This document shows, one piece after another, positions 1-8,475 of a DNA stretch of 64,000 bases. Origin of the DNA: Candidatus Latescibacterota bacterium (GTDB lineage: Bacteria > Latescibacterota > UBA2968 > UBA8231); assembly GCA_965204725.1 (NCBI GenBank), contig OZ242005.1, positions 2,176,001-2,240,000 on the forward strand, in the 5' to 3' direction. The position numbers were made by a program, and so were the translations under genes. The notes below the pieces were generated by a model. It saw only the letters and a program-made list of their open reading frames with translations, had not been told where the DNA came from and did not search any database. How positions within the stretch are numbered: position 1 is the first letter of the stretch; every line of letters begins with the position of its first letter.

Positions 1-1657
1 CATCGCCATTGAGATCGCGTATCAGCACTGGCGAGCGACGCAACAGCCGATCATCATACAGCACTTCGGCTTCTAGGCGGTCGCCGGCCCCCTTCCTCTG
101 CAAGACGAGCCCCTTGCTTCCTTCGATTATATCGGAGGTGAACTCGGTGAGAAAATCCACCTGTCCGTCGCCATCAAAATCGCCCACCCCTAACGGCCGC
201 CGCTCTTCATTGACCTCAAAGACCTCGCCCCGCTGAAACTCCTCGGGATCGTTGCTCTGCAACGCCTTGTCCAAGGGAGACACAATCCATCCTCGCGCCA
301 GATTGCGGATCGGCGACCAGAACACATCGAGAATCCCGTTGCCGGTAAAGTCGCCGATGTAGGTGGGCGCGTATTTTTCAAAATACGCCACCTCAGAGGA
401 CGTCCACCCGCCCTGTTCAACCTCCCAGACTGCTAAAGTGCTAAAAAACTTCGCCGTATCATTGATCACATCATCTAAAGTGCCTTCGTACGTAGCTCCC
501 CCGACAAATAATTCGACCCGGCCGTCGCCATCCCAATCGGCCACACTATGAACCCGACTATCGATCTGCGCGAGCACCTCCACTTGGAGGTCCGAGCCGA
601 TAGACCACACTTCGGTCGAAGGATCCCGGTTGCTTCTCGATATCGCGATTTCGGCTTGACCATCGCCGGTCAAATCGGCACCAAGCACCTTTAAGGCCAC
701 CCCTCTGGGGACTATTGCCACCTCCCCGCCTACGGCGGCTCCTTCCCTCTCTTCTGCGGCAGCTACTTCTTCGATAACAGGCCCCCGTTCCAAGGCCCCG
801 CGCCCGTCATTGAGTGCCATCAGCCAACCCTCTTTCTCCCCATGACCCCCATACTTATTAGGTATTTTCATTTCCCACAGGCTGAACAGGTCTAAGTCCC
901 CATCGCCATCCAAGTCCGTCAACACATTGCCACCTCCCCCCCCTAGATACATGCTTTGACCATTAGGTGCTTCCCCGATGCCCGGGGCAATCGGATAGAA
1001 CACCGGCGGCGCAAAAAGCCCCGTCCCAGCAAAGCGAAAATACTCTGTATATGGCGGGGGGAGTTCCCCCTGTAGCAACTCTTCCACGCCGGTCAACTCG
1101 ATCCAGTCAATCTCAAACGCCTCCACCACCTCGGTATCTAAATCATAACCCAGCATAAAACTGAACCGAAGGTTCCTTAACAGGCCCTCCCAGCCATATT
1201 GACCCTCCAACGAGATCTCCACTTCCTGCCACTCAGTCGTATAGACGACTTGTTGAATGGGGACTTCTCCTTCAAGACTAAAAAAATCATGACCTGAAGC
1301 ACTGTCCCATTCCATTGAAAAACGACCTTCGGTAGGGCGATCATGGACGGTGCGGCAGCGGATGCGAACCCGGTCAAACAGACTCGAATCATATCCGATG
1401 GTCGAAGAAACCACTTCGACACTCGGTTGAGAGGGTTTGAAACTGTTGGCGACCACAGGGTCAACCCGAATCCGCCACACACCCTCGTCGATCATCCCCG
1501 GAAACTGGTGAAATTCACGCGTACCCCCCCGACCACTCCATACGTGTGCTTCTTTGGCGAACCACCCCTGCGTCGTCCCATCGTCGAACTCCCACCGAAT
1601 CGCCCCAGCGGGATCGTCCCACAGCACAACGGCAACAACGGCGAATAGCAGCAACAT
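1..1657 (-). CDS. Secreted FG-GAP/VCBS repeat protein, paralog 1 (3' end runs off the window)
   Basis: Not in the ORF track because there is no stop inside the window. ATG at 1657 with AAGGAG upstream reads MLLLFAVVAVVLWDDPAGAIRWEFDDGTTQGW...; segments I translated match the 3810-5963 paralog, with DLDGDGDLDLF and DWDGDGR repeats. Confidence 0.85.
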   Translation of the reverse strand, partial: MLLLFAVVAVVLWDDPAGAIRWEFDDGTTQGWFAKEAHVWSGRGGTREFHQFPGMIDEGVWRIRVDPVVANSFKPSQPSVEVVSSTIGYDSSLFDRVRIRCRTVHDRPTEGRFSMEWDSASGHDFFSLEGEVPIQQVVYTTEWQEVEISLEGQYGWEGLLRNLRFSFMLGYDLDTEVVEAFEIDWIELTGVEELLQGELPPPYTEYFRFAGTGLFAPPVFYPIAPGIGEAPNGQSMYLGGGGGNVLTDLDGDGDLDLFSLWEMKIPNKYGGHGEKEGWLMALNDGRGALERGPVIEEVAAAEEREGAAVGGEVAIVPRGVALKVLGADLTGDGQAEIAISRSNRDPSTEVWSIGSDLQVEVLAQIDSRVHSVADWDGDGRVELFVGGATYEGTLDDVINDTAKFFSTLAVWEVEQGGWTSSEVAYFEKYAPTYIGDFTGNGILDVFWSPIRNLARGWIVSPLDKALQSNDPEEFQRGEVFEVNEERRPLGVGDFDGDGQVDFLTEFTSDIIEGSKGLVLQRKGAGDRLEAEVLYDDRLLRRSPVLIRDLNGD

Positions 1658-1712
1658 AGCTCGTCTCCTTTGCAATAGTTTCGGCTCCAGTATAGATGAT
1701 TTAGGCGGTCTC

Positions 1713-1876
1713 ATAGCCGTCCTACATCCTTCATGGCGTTTTGGGTCTGAGATACTTCGCTGCGCTCAGTATGACAAGGGCTGGGGCACGCACCCCCCGT
1801 CTGTGGGTCATGCTGAACGTAGCGCAGCGCAGTCGAAGCATCGCTACATGCTTGCAAATCATTTAGGACCGCTATA
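1713..1876. mobile_element. MITE/REP-like element, family A, copy 1
   Basis: Terminal inverted repeats ATAGCCGTCCTACAT...ATTTAGGACCGCTAT and an internal hairpin AGATACTTCGCTGCGCTCAGTATGAC...GTCATGCTGA..CGAAGCATC. Absent from the homologous intergenic region at ~15480-15540. Confidence 0.8.
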
Positions 1877-1909
1877 TGCCTTCTCATCATCTCACGTTTC
1901 AACCACTCC

Positions 1910-2701
1910 TCACGGCAGCTTCGTCGTCTTTTTCGCTTCCACCCGCCCGTCCATCTCGACCCGATAGATATACACTCCCGCCGCCACCGCCTTGCCCGCC
2001 TCGTCGCGCCCATCCCATACAAACCGATGGCTGCCGGCCCCCAGCGGCCCGTCCCACACCTGTCGCACCCGACGACCCAACACGTCGTAGAGTGCCAAGT
2101 GGACCTGCTTTTGGTCCAGCACCAAATCAAGCGGAATCACGATCAAGGGATTGAACGGATTGGGATAGGCATTGCCCAGCCCATGCTGCGCCGGCCGGCC
2201 CGCTGCCGGTGTCAACACGGAGGTCGGCGTCGGCTCGGGCCGCCAACAAGGCGTGGAGGAGCAGGCGCAAATTTTCTCAATGTCGTCGTCTGGGTGCGGG
2301 ACGCAGTACCGGTACGGCTTAGTCGAGTCAACCGCTGCACATTCATCATAATAGTCGCACTGGGTCCTTCGGTTGATCGCGCTCGCCGGCACGGCCTCCG
2401 AACAGGGCGTGGAGGAGTACCAGCAATCTCCCATCCAGAAGTTACAGGACGCATCCAAAGCCTTGGAGCAGTGAACATATTTCGCCTCTGGAGCCGCCGG
2501 GTCCGCCTCCGCCCGGGTGCATATTGGATGCTCGGGATTGGAGCTACAGTCGAAACAGTGGAGCCAAGTGACCGGGCACGGCGTGTCAGCTTCGGATCCC
2601 CTTGCTCCGAGGAGGATCGCAAGCACCGCGAGAGCACCCAGCCCCAGCCGCATTGGGGACAAGCCGCTGAACGAGTGAATAAATGAACTAGACCTTTTCA
2701 T
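1910..2701 (-). CDS. Secreted cysteine-rich protein with C-terminal FlgD-Ig/T9SS-A-like domain
   Basis: Signal-like hydrophobic N-terminus, 14 Cys in two SSTPC-ending units, PT linker, then the YPNPFNP...WDGRDEAG...GVYIYR...KKTTKLP domain. AAGGAG RBS. Confidence 0.85.
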   Translation of the reverse strand: MKRSSSFIHSFSGLSPMRLGLGALAVLAILLGARGSEADTPCPVTWLHCFDCSSNPEHPICTRAEADPAAPEAKYVHCSKALDASCNFWMGDCWYSSTPCSEAVPASAINRRTQCDYYDECAAVDSTKPYRYCVPHPDDDIEKICACSSTPCWRPEPTPTSVLTPAAGRPAQHGLGNAYPNPFNPLIVIPLDLVLDQKQVHLALYDVLGRRVRQVWDGPLGAGSHRFVWDGRDEAGKAVAAGVYIYRVEMDGRVEAKKTTKLP

Positions 2702-2713
2702 CGCTTTGTCTCC

Positions 2714-3751
2714 TTAGTTACCCGGTACGCCCGCAGCCCGGCCCTGCAAATGCCCCTTGAGCCGCCCCCACGAGGTCTCGGCCACGTCCGTCGGCTCCCG
2801 GCCGACATAAGACGCGAGGTCCCAGAAACGCGCCGAATAGGATCGACTCCCGGCACTGGCCAACGTGCGGCCATCCGGCGAATACGCCACAAAGTCCGCA
2901 GGTCCTGTGAGCGTGGTGAGAGGTTCACCCGTCGCCGCATCCCAAAGACGAATCTCGTTGCCATGTGCGCTGGCCAACGTGCTACCATCCGGCGAATAGG
3001 CCACACTACAGATATTACCCCGCCCGTCAAGCGTGATGAGGGGTTCACCTGTGGCCGCGTCCCAAAGACGAACCGTTCCATCCCGGCTCCCACTGGCCAC
3101 TGTACCGCCATCCGGCGAATACGCCACACTCCAGACAACATCCGCATGCCCTTCGAGCGTGGTGAGGAGGTCGCCCGTCGCTACGTCCCAAAGACGAACC
3201 GTTCGGTCGAAACTCCCACTGGCGATTGCGTCCCCAGCCGGCGAATACACCGCGCTGACGACCCCTTCCGCAGGTCCTTTGATCGTGATGAGGGGGTCAC
3301 CTGTGGCCGCATCCCAAAGACGAATCGTTCCATCCCGGCTCCCGCTGGCCACCGTACCGCCATCCGGCGAATACGAGACGCTAAAGACATCATCCCTATG
3401 CCCTCTAAGCGTCGCCCGGACTTCACCTGTGGCCGCATCCCAAAGACGAACTGTTTTGTCGAAGCTCGCACTGGCTATTGCGTCCCCAGCCGGCGAATAC
3501 GCCACACCCCAGACGAAATTCGTATGCCCTCTAAGCGTGGTGAGGAGTTTGCCCGTCGCTGTATCCCAAAGACGGACTACTTGGTTAGAACTCCCACTGG
3601 CCACCACGTCCCCAGCCGGCGAATACGCCACACTAGTAACCCAGTCCGGGTCCGACCATCCCCCTTGGGCATAGCTAATACCCGGCAGGGCACAAGTCAT
3701 CAAGCAGGCGATTAACACGGGAAGGGTTTGATGCACAACGCGCGTTTTCAT
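2714..3751 (-). CDS. Secreted WD40 repeat (7-blade) protein
   Basis: Start reassigned to MKTRVVHQ (ATG 3751, GAAAGGAG RBS). Signal peptide, seven VAYSPxG..ASGS.D.TVRLWD repeats, C-terminal ETSWGRLK motif. Confidence 0.9.
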   Translation of the reverse strand: MKTRVVHQTLPVLIACLMTCALPGISYAQGGWSDPDWVTSVAYSPAGDVVASGSSNQVVRLWDTATGKLLTTLRGHTNFVWGVAYSPAGDAIASASFDKTVRLWDAATGEVRATLRGHRDDVFSVSYSPDGGTVASGSRDGTIRLWDAATGDPLITIKGPAEGVVSAVYSPAGDAIASGSFDRTVRLWDVATGDLLTTLEGHADVVWSVAYSPDGGTVASGSRDGTVRLWDAATGEPLITLDGRGNICSVAYSPDGSTLASAHGNEIRLWDAATGEPLTTLTGPADFVAYSPDGRTLASAGSRSYSARFWDLASYVGREPTDVAETSWGRLKGHLQGRAAGVPGN

Positions 3752-3809
3752 AAGAAACTCCTTTCGGTGTGTTTTAAGGATTCCTTCACTTGCCACTTTC
3801 AACCACTCC

Positions 3810-5963
3810 TTACGGCAACTTCGTCGTCTTTTTCGCTTCCACCCGCCCTTCGACTTCCACCCGATAGACATACACGCCCGCCGCCACCGCCTTGCCCGCC
3901 TCGTCGCGACCATCCCAAGTAAAACGATGCTGACCTGCCCGCAGCGGCCCCTGCCATACCTGACGCACCCGACGCCCCAACACGTCATACACTCGCAACG
4001 ATACTTCCGTCGCGTCCGTCGCCAAATCAAGGGGCAGCACCACCGCCGGATTGAACGGGTTGGGATAGCTGTCACCCAGCCGGTATTGTGCCGGTCGCGC
4101 AGCCGCCGACGTCTGCACGGCCGTCGCGGTCGAGGCCAGCGAATTCTTGAGGACATGCACCCCACCCAAAATCGGGTCTAACACCAACAGATCGAGATCG
4201 CCATCGCCATCCATATCTCCGGACAGCACATATCGCCCACTGCCCGCCAGCCGATGCCGCTCCCCTTCCTGAGTCGGGTTGATACTTCCTCCCCATTCGA
4301 TAAACACCCCAAACCCCGAAGCGCGGTCGCCGCCGATAAACACCCAATCGTCAACTCCATCGGCATTAAGATCGCGTATCAGCACTGGCGAGCGACGCAA
4401 CAACCGATCATCATACAGCACCGCCGCTACGAGGCGGTCTCCGGCCCCCTTCCTCTGCAAGACGAGGCCCTTGCTCCCTTCGATTATATCGGAGGTGAAC
4501 TCGGTGAGGAAATCCACCTGCCCATCGCCATCCAAATCGCCCACCCCTAACGGCCGCAGCTCTTCATCGACCTCAAAGACCTCGCCCCGCTGCAACGCCT
4601 CGGGCTCGTTGCTCTCCAACGCCTTGTTCAAGGGAGCCACAATCCACCCTCGCGCCAGACTCTGAATCGGCGACCAGAACATGTCGATGATCCCATTGCC
4701 GGTGAAGTCGCCAATATGAATGGGCGCATATCCTTCGGAATACGCCACCTCAGCGGATGTCCACCCGTCCTGTTCGACCTCCCAGACTGCTAACGTGCTA
4801 AAAAACTTCGCCGTGCCCGCGATCGATTCCTCTAAAGTGCCTTCATACGTAGCTCCCCCGACAAATAATTCGACCCGGCCGTCGCCATCCCAATCGGCCA
4901 CACTCTGGATACTCCTATCGATCTGCGCGAGCACCTCCACTTGGAGATCCGAGCCGATAGACCACACTTCGGTCTTAGGCTCCCGGTTGCTTCTCGATAT
5001 CGCGATCTCGGCTTGACCATCGCCGGTCAAATCGGCACCCAGCACATCTAAGCCCCCCCCTAAGCTCACCCCTGCTTCCTCTGTAACAGGCCCCCGTTCC
5101 AAGACCCCGTGCCCGTCATTGAGCGCCATCAGCCAGCCCGCTTTCGCCTTAGGAGGCCCATGCTTGTTAGGTATTTTCATTCGCCACAGGCCGAACAGGT
5201 CTAAGTCCCCATCGCCATCCAAGTCCGTCAACACGTTGCGCCAGTTCCGCCCGAGATATCTGTTTGTTTCATGGGTTTCTCCGATGCCCGGGGCAATCGG
5301 ATAGAACACCGGCGGCGCAAAAAGCCCCGTCCCAGCAAAGCGAAAGTAATGCTCTACCAGCGGCGGAGGGAGTTCCCCCTCTAGCAGCTCTTCCACGCCG
5401 GTCAACTCGATCCAGTCGATCTCAAACGCCTCCACCACCTCGGTATCCAAATCAAAACCCAGTATAAAGCTGAGTTGAAGATTTCTTAACAGGCCCTCCC
5501 AGCCGACTTGACCCTCCAACGAGACCTCTACTTCCTGCCACTCGGTCGTATAGACTACTTGTTGGACGGGAGCTTCTCCTTCTGTGCCAAGACTAAAAAA
5601 ATCATGACCTGAAGCACTGTCCCATTCCATCGTAAAAGTACCCTCGGTAGGGCGATCATGGACGGTGCGGCAGCGGATGCGGAGCCGGTCGAACAGACTC
5701 GAATCATACCCGATGGTCGAAGAAACCACTTCGACACTCGGCTGGGAGGGGTCGAAACTGTTGGTAACGGCGGGATCAACCCGGACCCGCCACACACCCT
5801 CGTCAATCATCCCCGGAAACTGGTGAAATTCACGCGTACCTCCCCACTGAATATCTTCTTTGGCGGACCACCCTTGCGTCGTCCCATCGTCGAACTCCCA
5901 CCGAATCGCCCCGGCGAGGCTACTCCACAGCACAAGCCCTACAACAGCAGCAAACTTCAGCAT
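3810..5963 (-). CDS. Secreted FG-GAP/VCBS repeat protein with FlgD-Ig-like C-terminal domain, paralog 2
   Basis: 717 aa. Signal peptide, IRWEFDDGTTQGW..FEIDWIELTG N-domain, several DxDGDG repeats, YPNPFNP C-domain. Confidence 0.9.
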   Translation of the reverse strand: MLKFAAVVGLVLWSSLAGAIRWEFDDGTTQGWSAKEDIQWGGTREFHQFPGMIDEGVWRVRVDPAVTNSFDPSQPSVEVVSSTIGYDSSLFDRLRIRCRTVHDRPTEGTFTMEWDSASGHDFFSLGTEGEAPVQQVVYTTEWQEVEVSLEGQVGWEGLLRNLQLSFILGFDLDTEVVEAFEIDWIELTGVEELLEGELPPPLVEHYFRFAGTGLFAPPVFYPIAPGIGETHETNRYLGRNWRNVLTDLDGDGDLDLFGLWRMKIPNKHGPPKAKAGWLMALNDGHGVLERGPVTEEAGVSLGGGLDVLGADLTGDGQAEIAISRSNREPKTEVWSIGSDLQVEVLAQIDRSIQSVADWDGDGRVELFVGGATYEGTLEESIAGTAKFFSTLAVWEVEQDGWTSAEVAYSEGYAPIHIGDFTGNGIIDMFWSPIQSLARGWIVAPLNKALESNEPEALQRGEVFEVDEELRPLGVGDLDGDGQVDFLTEFTSDIIEGSKGLVLQRKGAGDRLVAAVLYDDRLLRRSPVLIRDLNADGVDDWVFIGGDRASGFGVFIEWGGSINPTQEGERHRLAGSGRYVLSGDMDGDGDLDLLVLDPILGGVHVLKNSLASTATAVQTSAAARPAQYRLGDSYPNPFNPAVVLPLDLATDATEVSLRVYDVLGRRVRQVWQGPLRAGQHRFTWDGRDEAGKAVAAGVYVYRVEVEGRVEAKKTTKLP

Positions 5964-6008
5964 GATAGCACACCTCGTTCAAGTCAAATAGCGCAAAAGA
6001 ATATCCGC

Positions 6009-8174
6009 TCACGGCAGCTTCGTCGTCTTTTTGGCTTCCACCCGCCCGTCGATTTCCACCCGATAGATATACACTCCGGCAGCCACGGCCTTGCCCGCCT
6101 CGTCGCGGCCATCCCAAGTAAAACGATGCTGACCTGCCCGCAACGGCCCGTCCCACACCTGACGCACCCGACGACCCAACACGTCATGCACCCGCAGCGA
6201 CACCGCCGCCGCGTCCGTCGCTAAATCGAGAGGCAGCACCACCGCCGGATTGAACGGGTTGGGATAGCTGTCGCCCAGCCGGTATTGTGCCGGTCGCCCA
6301 GCCGCCGACGTCCGCACGGCTGTCGCGGTAGAGGCCAGCGAATTCTTGAGCAGATGCACCCCACCCAAGATCGGATCTAACACCACCAAATCCTCATCGC
6401 CGTCGCCATCCATATCCCCGGACAGCACGATTCTCCCATTGCCCACCAGCCGATGCCGCTCCCCGTCTTGGGTCGGATTGACAAGCCCCCCCCATTCGAT
6501 AAACACCCCAAAGCCCGAAGCGCGGTCTCCACCGACAAACACCCAGTCGTCAACCCCATCGGCATTGAGATCGCGTATCAGCACCGGCGAGCGACGCAAC
6601 AGCCGATCATCATACAGCACCTCCGCTACGAGGCGGTCGCCAGCCCCCTTCCTCTGCAAGACGATGCCTTTGCTCCCTTCGATGTAATCACGGATGAACT
6701 CGGTGAGGAAATCCACCTGCCCATCGCCATCAAAATCGCCTATCCCTAACAACCCCACCTGTTCATCGACTTCAAACGCCTCGCTACGCTGAAACGCCTC
6801 GGGCGCGCTGTTCTGCAACCCCTCGTCCAACGGAGACACAATCCACCCTCGCGCCAGATTGCGAATCGGCGACCAGAACACCTCGAAAACCCCATTGCCG
6901 GTAAAGTCGCCGATGTGCTGGGGCACATATTTTTCCGAAGACGCCACCTCAGCGGACATCCACCTGCCCTGTTCAACCTCCCAGACTGCTAAAGTACTAA
7001 AGTACTCCGCCGTATTATTGCGCACATCGTCTAGGGTGCCCTTATATGTAGTTCCCCCGACAAATAATTCGACCCGGCCATCGCCGTCCCAATCGGCCAC
7101 ACTATGAAGCGAGCGGTCAATCTGCACGAGCACCTCCGCTTGGAGGTCCGGGCCGATAGACCACACTTCAGTCGGCAGATCTGAAGTGTGGTCTATGGTT
7201 ATCGCGATTTCGTCTTGACCATCGCCCGTTAAATCAGCACCCATCACCTCTAAGGACAACATGGGGACGATTACACTTCCCGTTCCCGCCTCGGTATCAC
7301 TCCCCCTTATGGATACTACTTTATTAACAGACTCCCGTTCCAAGGCCCCCCGCCCGTCATTGAGTGCCATCAGCCAGCCACTCTCAGGCTCAAGCTCCTG
7401 TTGCACTTTCGTGGGCGTGCCCCACAGGCCAAACAGGTCTAAGTCGCCATCGCCATCCAAGTCCGTCAACACGCCGCCCTGCCGCTCCCCTATATACCCG
7501 CCTCGATGAAATTCTTGCCCTGTGCCCGGCGCAATCGGATAGAACACCGGCGGCGCAAAAAGCCCGGCCCCATCAAAGCGAAAGTACTCTACCAACGGCG
7601 GCGGCCGTTCCCCCTGTAGCAACTCTTCTGCGCCGGTCAACTCGATCCAGTCAATCTCAAACTTCTCGATCCTCGCGGTAGCGGTACCCGACAGTCTAAA
7701 GGCTAGTATGATATTTTTTAACGGCCCCTCCCATCCGTCTCGATCCGCCAACGACAGCACCACTTCCTGCCACTCGGTGGTATAGACGACTTCTTTGGAA
7801 ACGAGCGTCTCGAAATAAGCTCTAAACCCTGAAGCGTTTTCCCACCCGACCGCGAGAGAACCCTCCGTAGGGTCGTCGTGGATGGTGCGGCAGCGGATGC
7901 GGACGTAGTCGAACAGGTCCGAATCATACCCGATGATCGGAGAAAACAATTCGCCTTCCGGCAGGGGGGACACAGTCTTGGTCGCCGCGGGATCGACCGT
8001 GATCCGCCACACGCCCTCGTCGACCACCCAAGGGAAATGATTAAATTCACGCGCACCACGTATTTTTTCTTTAGCGGACCACCCTTGCGTCGTCCCATCG
8101 TCGAACTCCCACCGAATCGCCCCAGCGGGGATACTCCACAACACAATCCATGCAACGGCGGCAAATTTCAGCAT
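6009..8174 (-). CDS. Secreted FG-GAP/VCBS repeat protein with FlgD-Ig-like domain, paralog 3
   Basis: 721 aa, same architecture. First gene downstream of the sigma-54 promoter. Confidence 0.9.
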   Translation of the reverse strand: MLKFAAVAWIVLWSIPAGAIRWEFDDGTTQGWSAKEKIRGAREFNHFPWVVDEGVWRITVDPAATKTVSPLPEGELFSPIIGYDSDLFDYVRIRCRTIHDDPTEGSLAVGWENASGFRAYFETLVSKEVVYTTEWQEVVLSLADRDGWEGPLKNIILAFRLSGTATARIEKFEIDWIELTGAEELLQGERPPPLVEYFRFDGAGLFAPPVFYPIAPGTGQEFHRGGYIGERQGGVLTDLDGDGDLDLFGLWGTPTKVQQELEPESGWLMALNDGRGALERESVNKVVSIRGSDTEAGTGSVIVPMLSLEVMGADLTGDGQDEIAITIDHTSDLPTEVWSIGPDLQAEVLVQIDRSLHSVADWDGDGRVELFVGGTTYKGTLDDVRNNTAEYFSTLAVWEVEQGRWMSAEVASSEKYVPQHIGDFTGNGVFEVFWSPIRNLARGWIVSPLDEGLQNSAPEAFQRSEAFEVDEQVGLLGIGDFDGDGQVDFLTEFIRDYIEGSKGIVLQRKGAGDRLVAEVLYDDRLLRRSPVLIRDLNADGVDDWVFVGGDRASGFGVFIEWGGLVNPTQDGERHRLVGNGRIVLSGDMDGDGDEDLVVLDPILGGVHLLKNSLASTATAVRTSAAGRPAQYRLGDSYPNPFNPAVVLPLDLATDAAAVSLRVHDVLGRRVRQVWDGPLRAGQHRFTWDGRDEAGKAVAAGVYIYRVEIDGRVEAKKTTKLP

Positions 8175-8244
8175 GATAGCACAACTCCCTTTCCAACAGA
8201 CTGCGCTCTATCCGTGAGTCGGCCTTGTTTCTACGAATTATGTA

Positions 8245-8260
8245 TGCAAATTGCGTGCCA
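8245..8260 (-). promoter_or_regulatory. Sigma-54 (-24/-12) promoter
   Basis: Minus strand TGGCACGCAATTTGCA matches the TGGCACG-N4-TTGC consensus, 70 bp upstream of the paralog 3 ATG and adjacent to a sigma-54 activator gene. Confidence 0.85.
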
Positions 8261-8282
8261 AAAATCAGGGTACGCACAAAAA

Positions 8283-8309
8283 AATCCTTTAGGATGATCC
8301 TAAAGGATT
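8283..8309. promoter_or_regulatory. Perfect 13-bp inverted repeat, putative operator
   Basis: AATCCTTTAGGAT-G-ATCCTAAAGGATT. Near-identical copy at ~17740-17766. Confidence 0.55.
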
Positions 8310-8378
8310 GAAAATATAGGAGTTATAAAATTTAATTTTCTTTTTTTCAGCCCATACACGCGCAATGAGGAACCATAA

Positions 8379-8441
8379 AAAATCGTATAAAATCGTATAA
8401 AATCGTATTATATACGATTTTATACGATTTTATACGATTTT
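8379..8441. repeat. Palindromic array (AAAATCGTAT)x3-TAT-(ATACGATTTT)x3, putative upstream activating sequence
   Basis: Read directly from the sequence; lies ~120-180 bp upstream of the -24 box. Confidence 0.8.
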
Positions 8442-8475
8442 TCTACGGCGTCGCAGGCCGCGTTTTCTCGCCCCG

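Noticed and set aside
3752-4165. N-terminal extension of the WD40 ORF (483-aa call)
   Set aside because: It is an alternate frame of the upstream gene's FlgD tail; the RBS and signal peptide point to ATG 3751.
8379-8441. CRISPR array
   Set aside because: Units are 10 bp, contiguous and inverted, with no spacers, and no cas genes are present.
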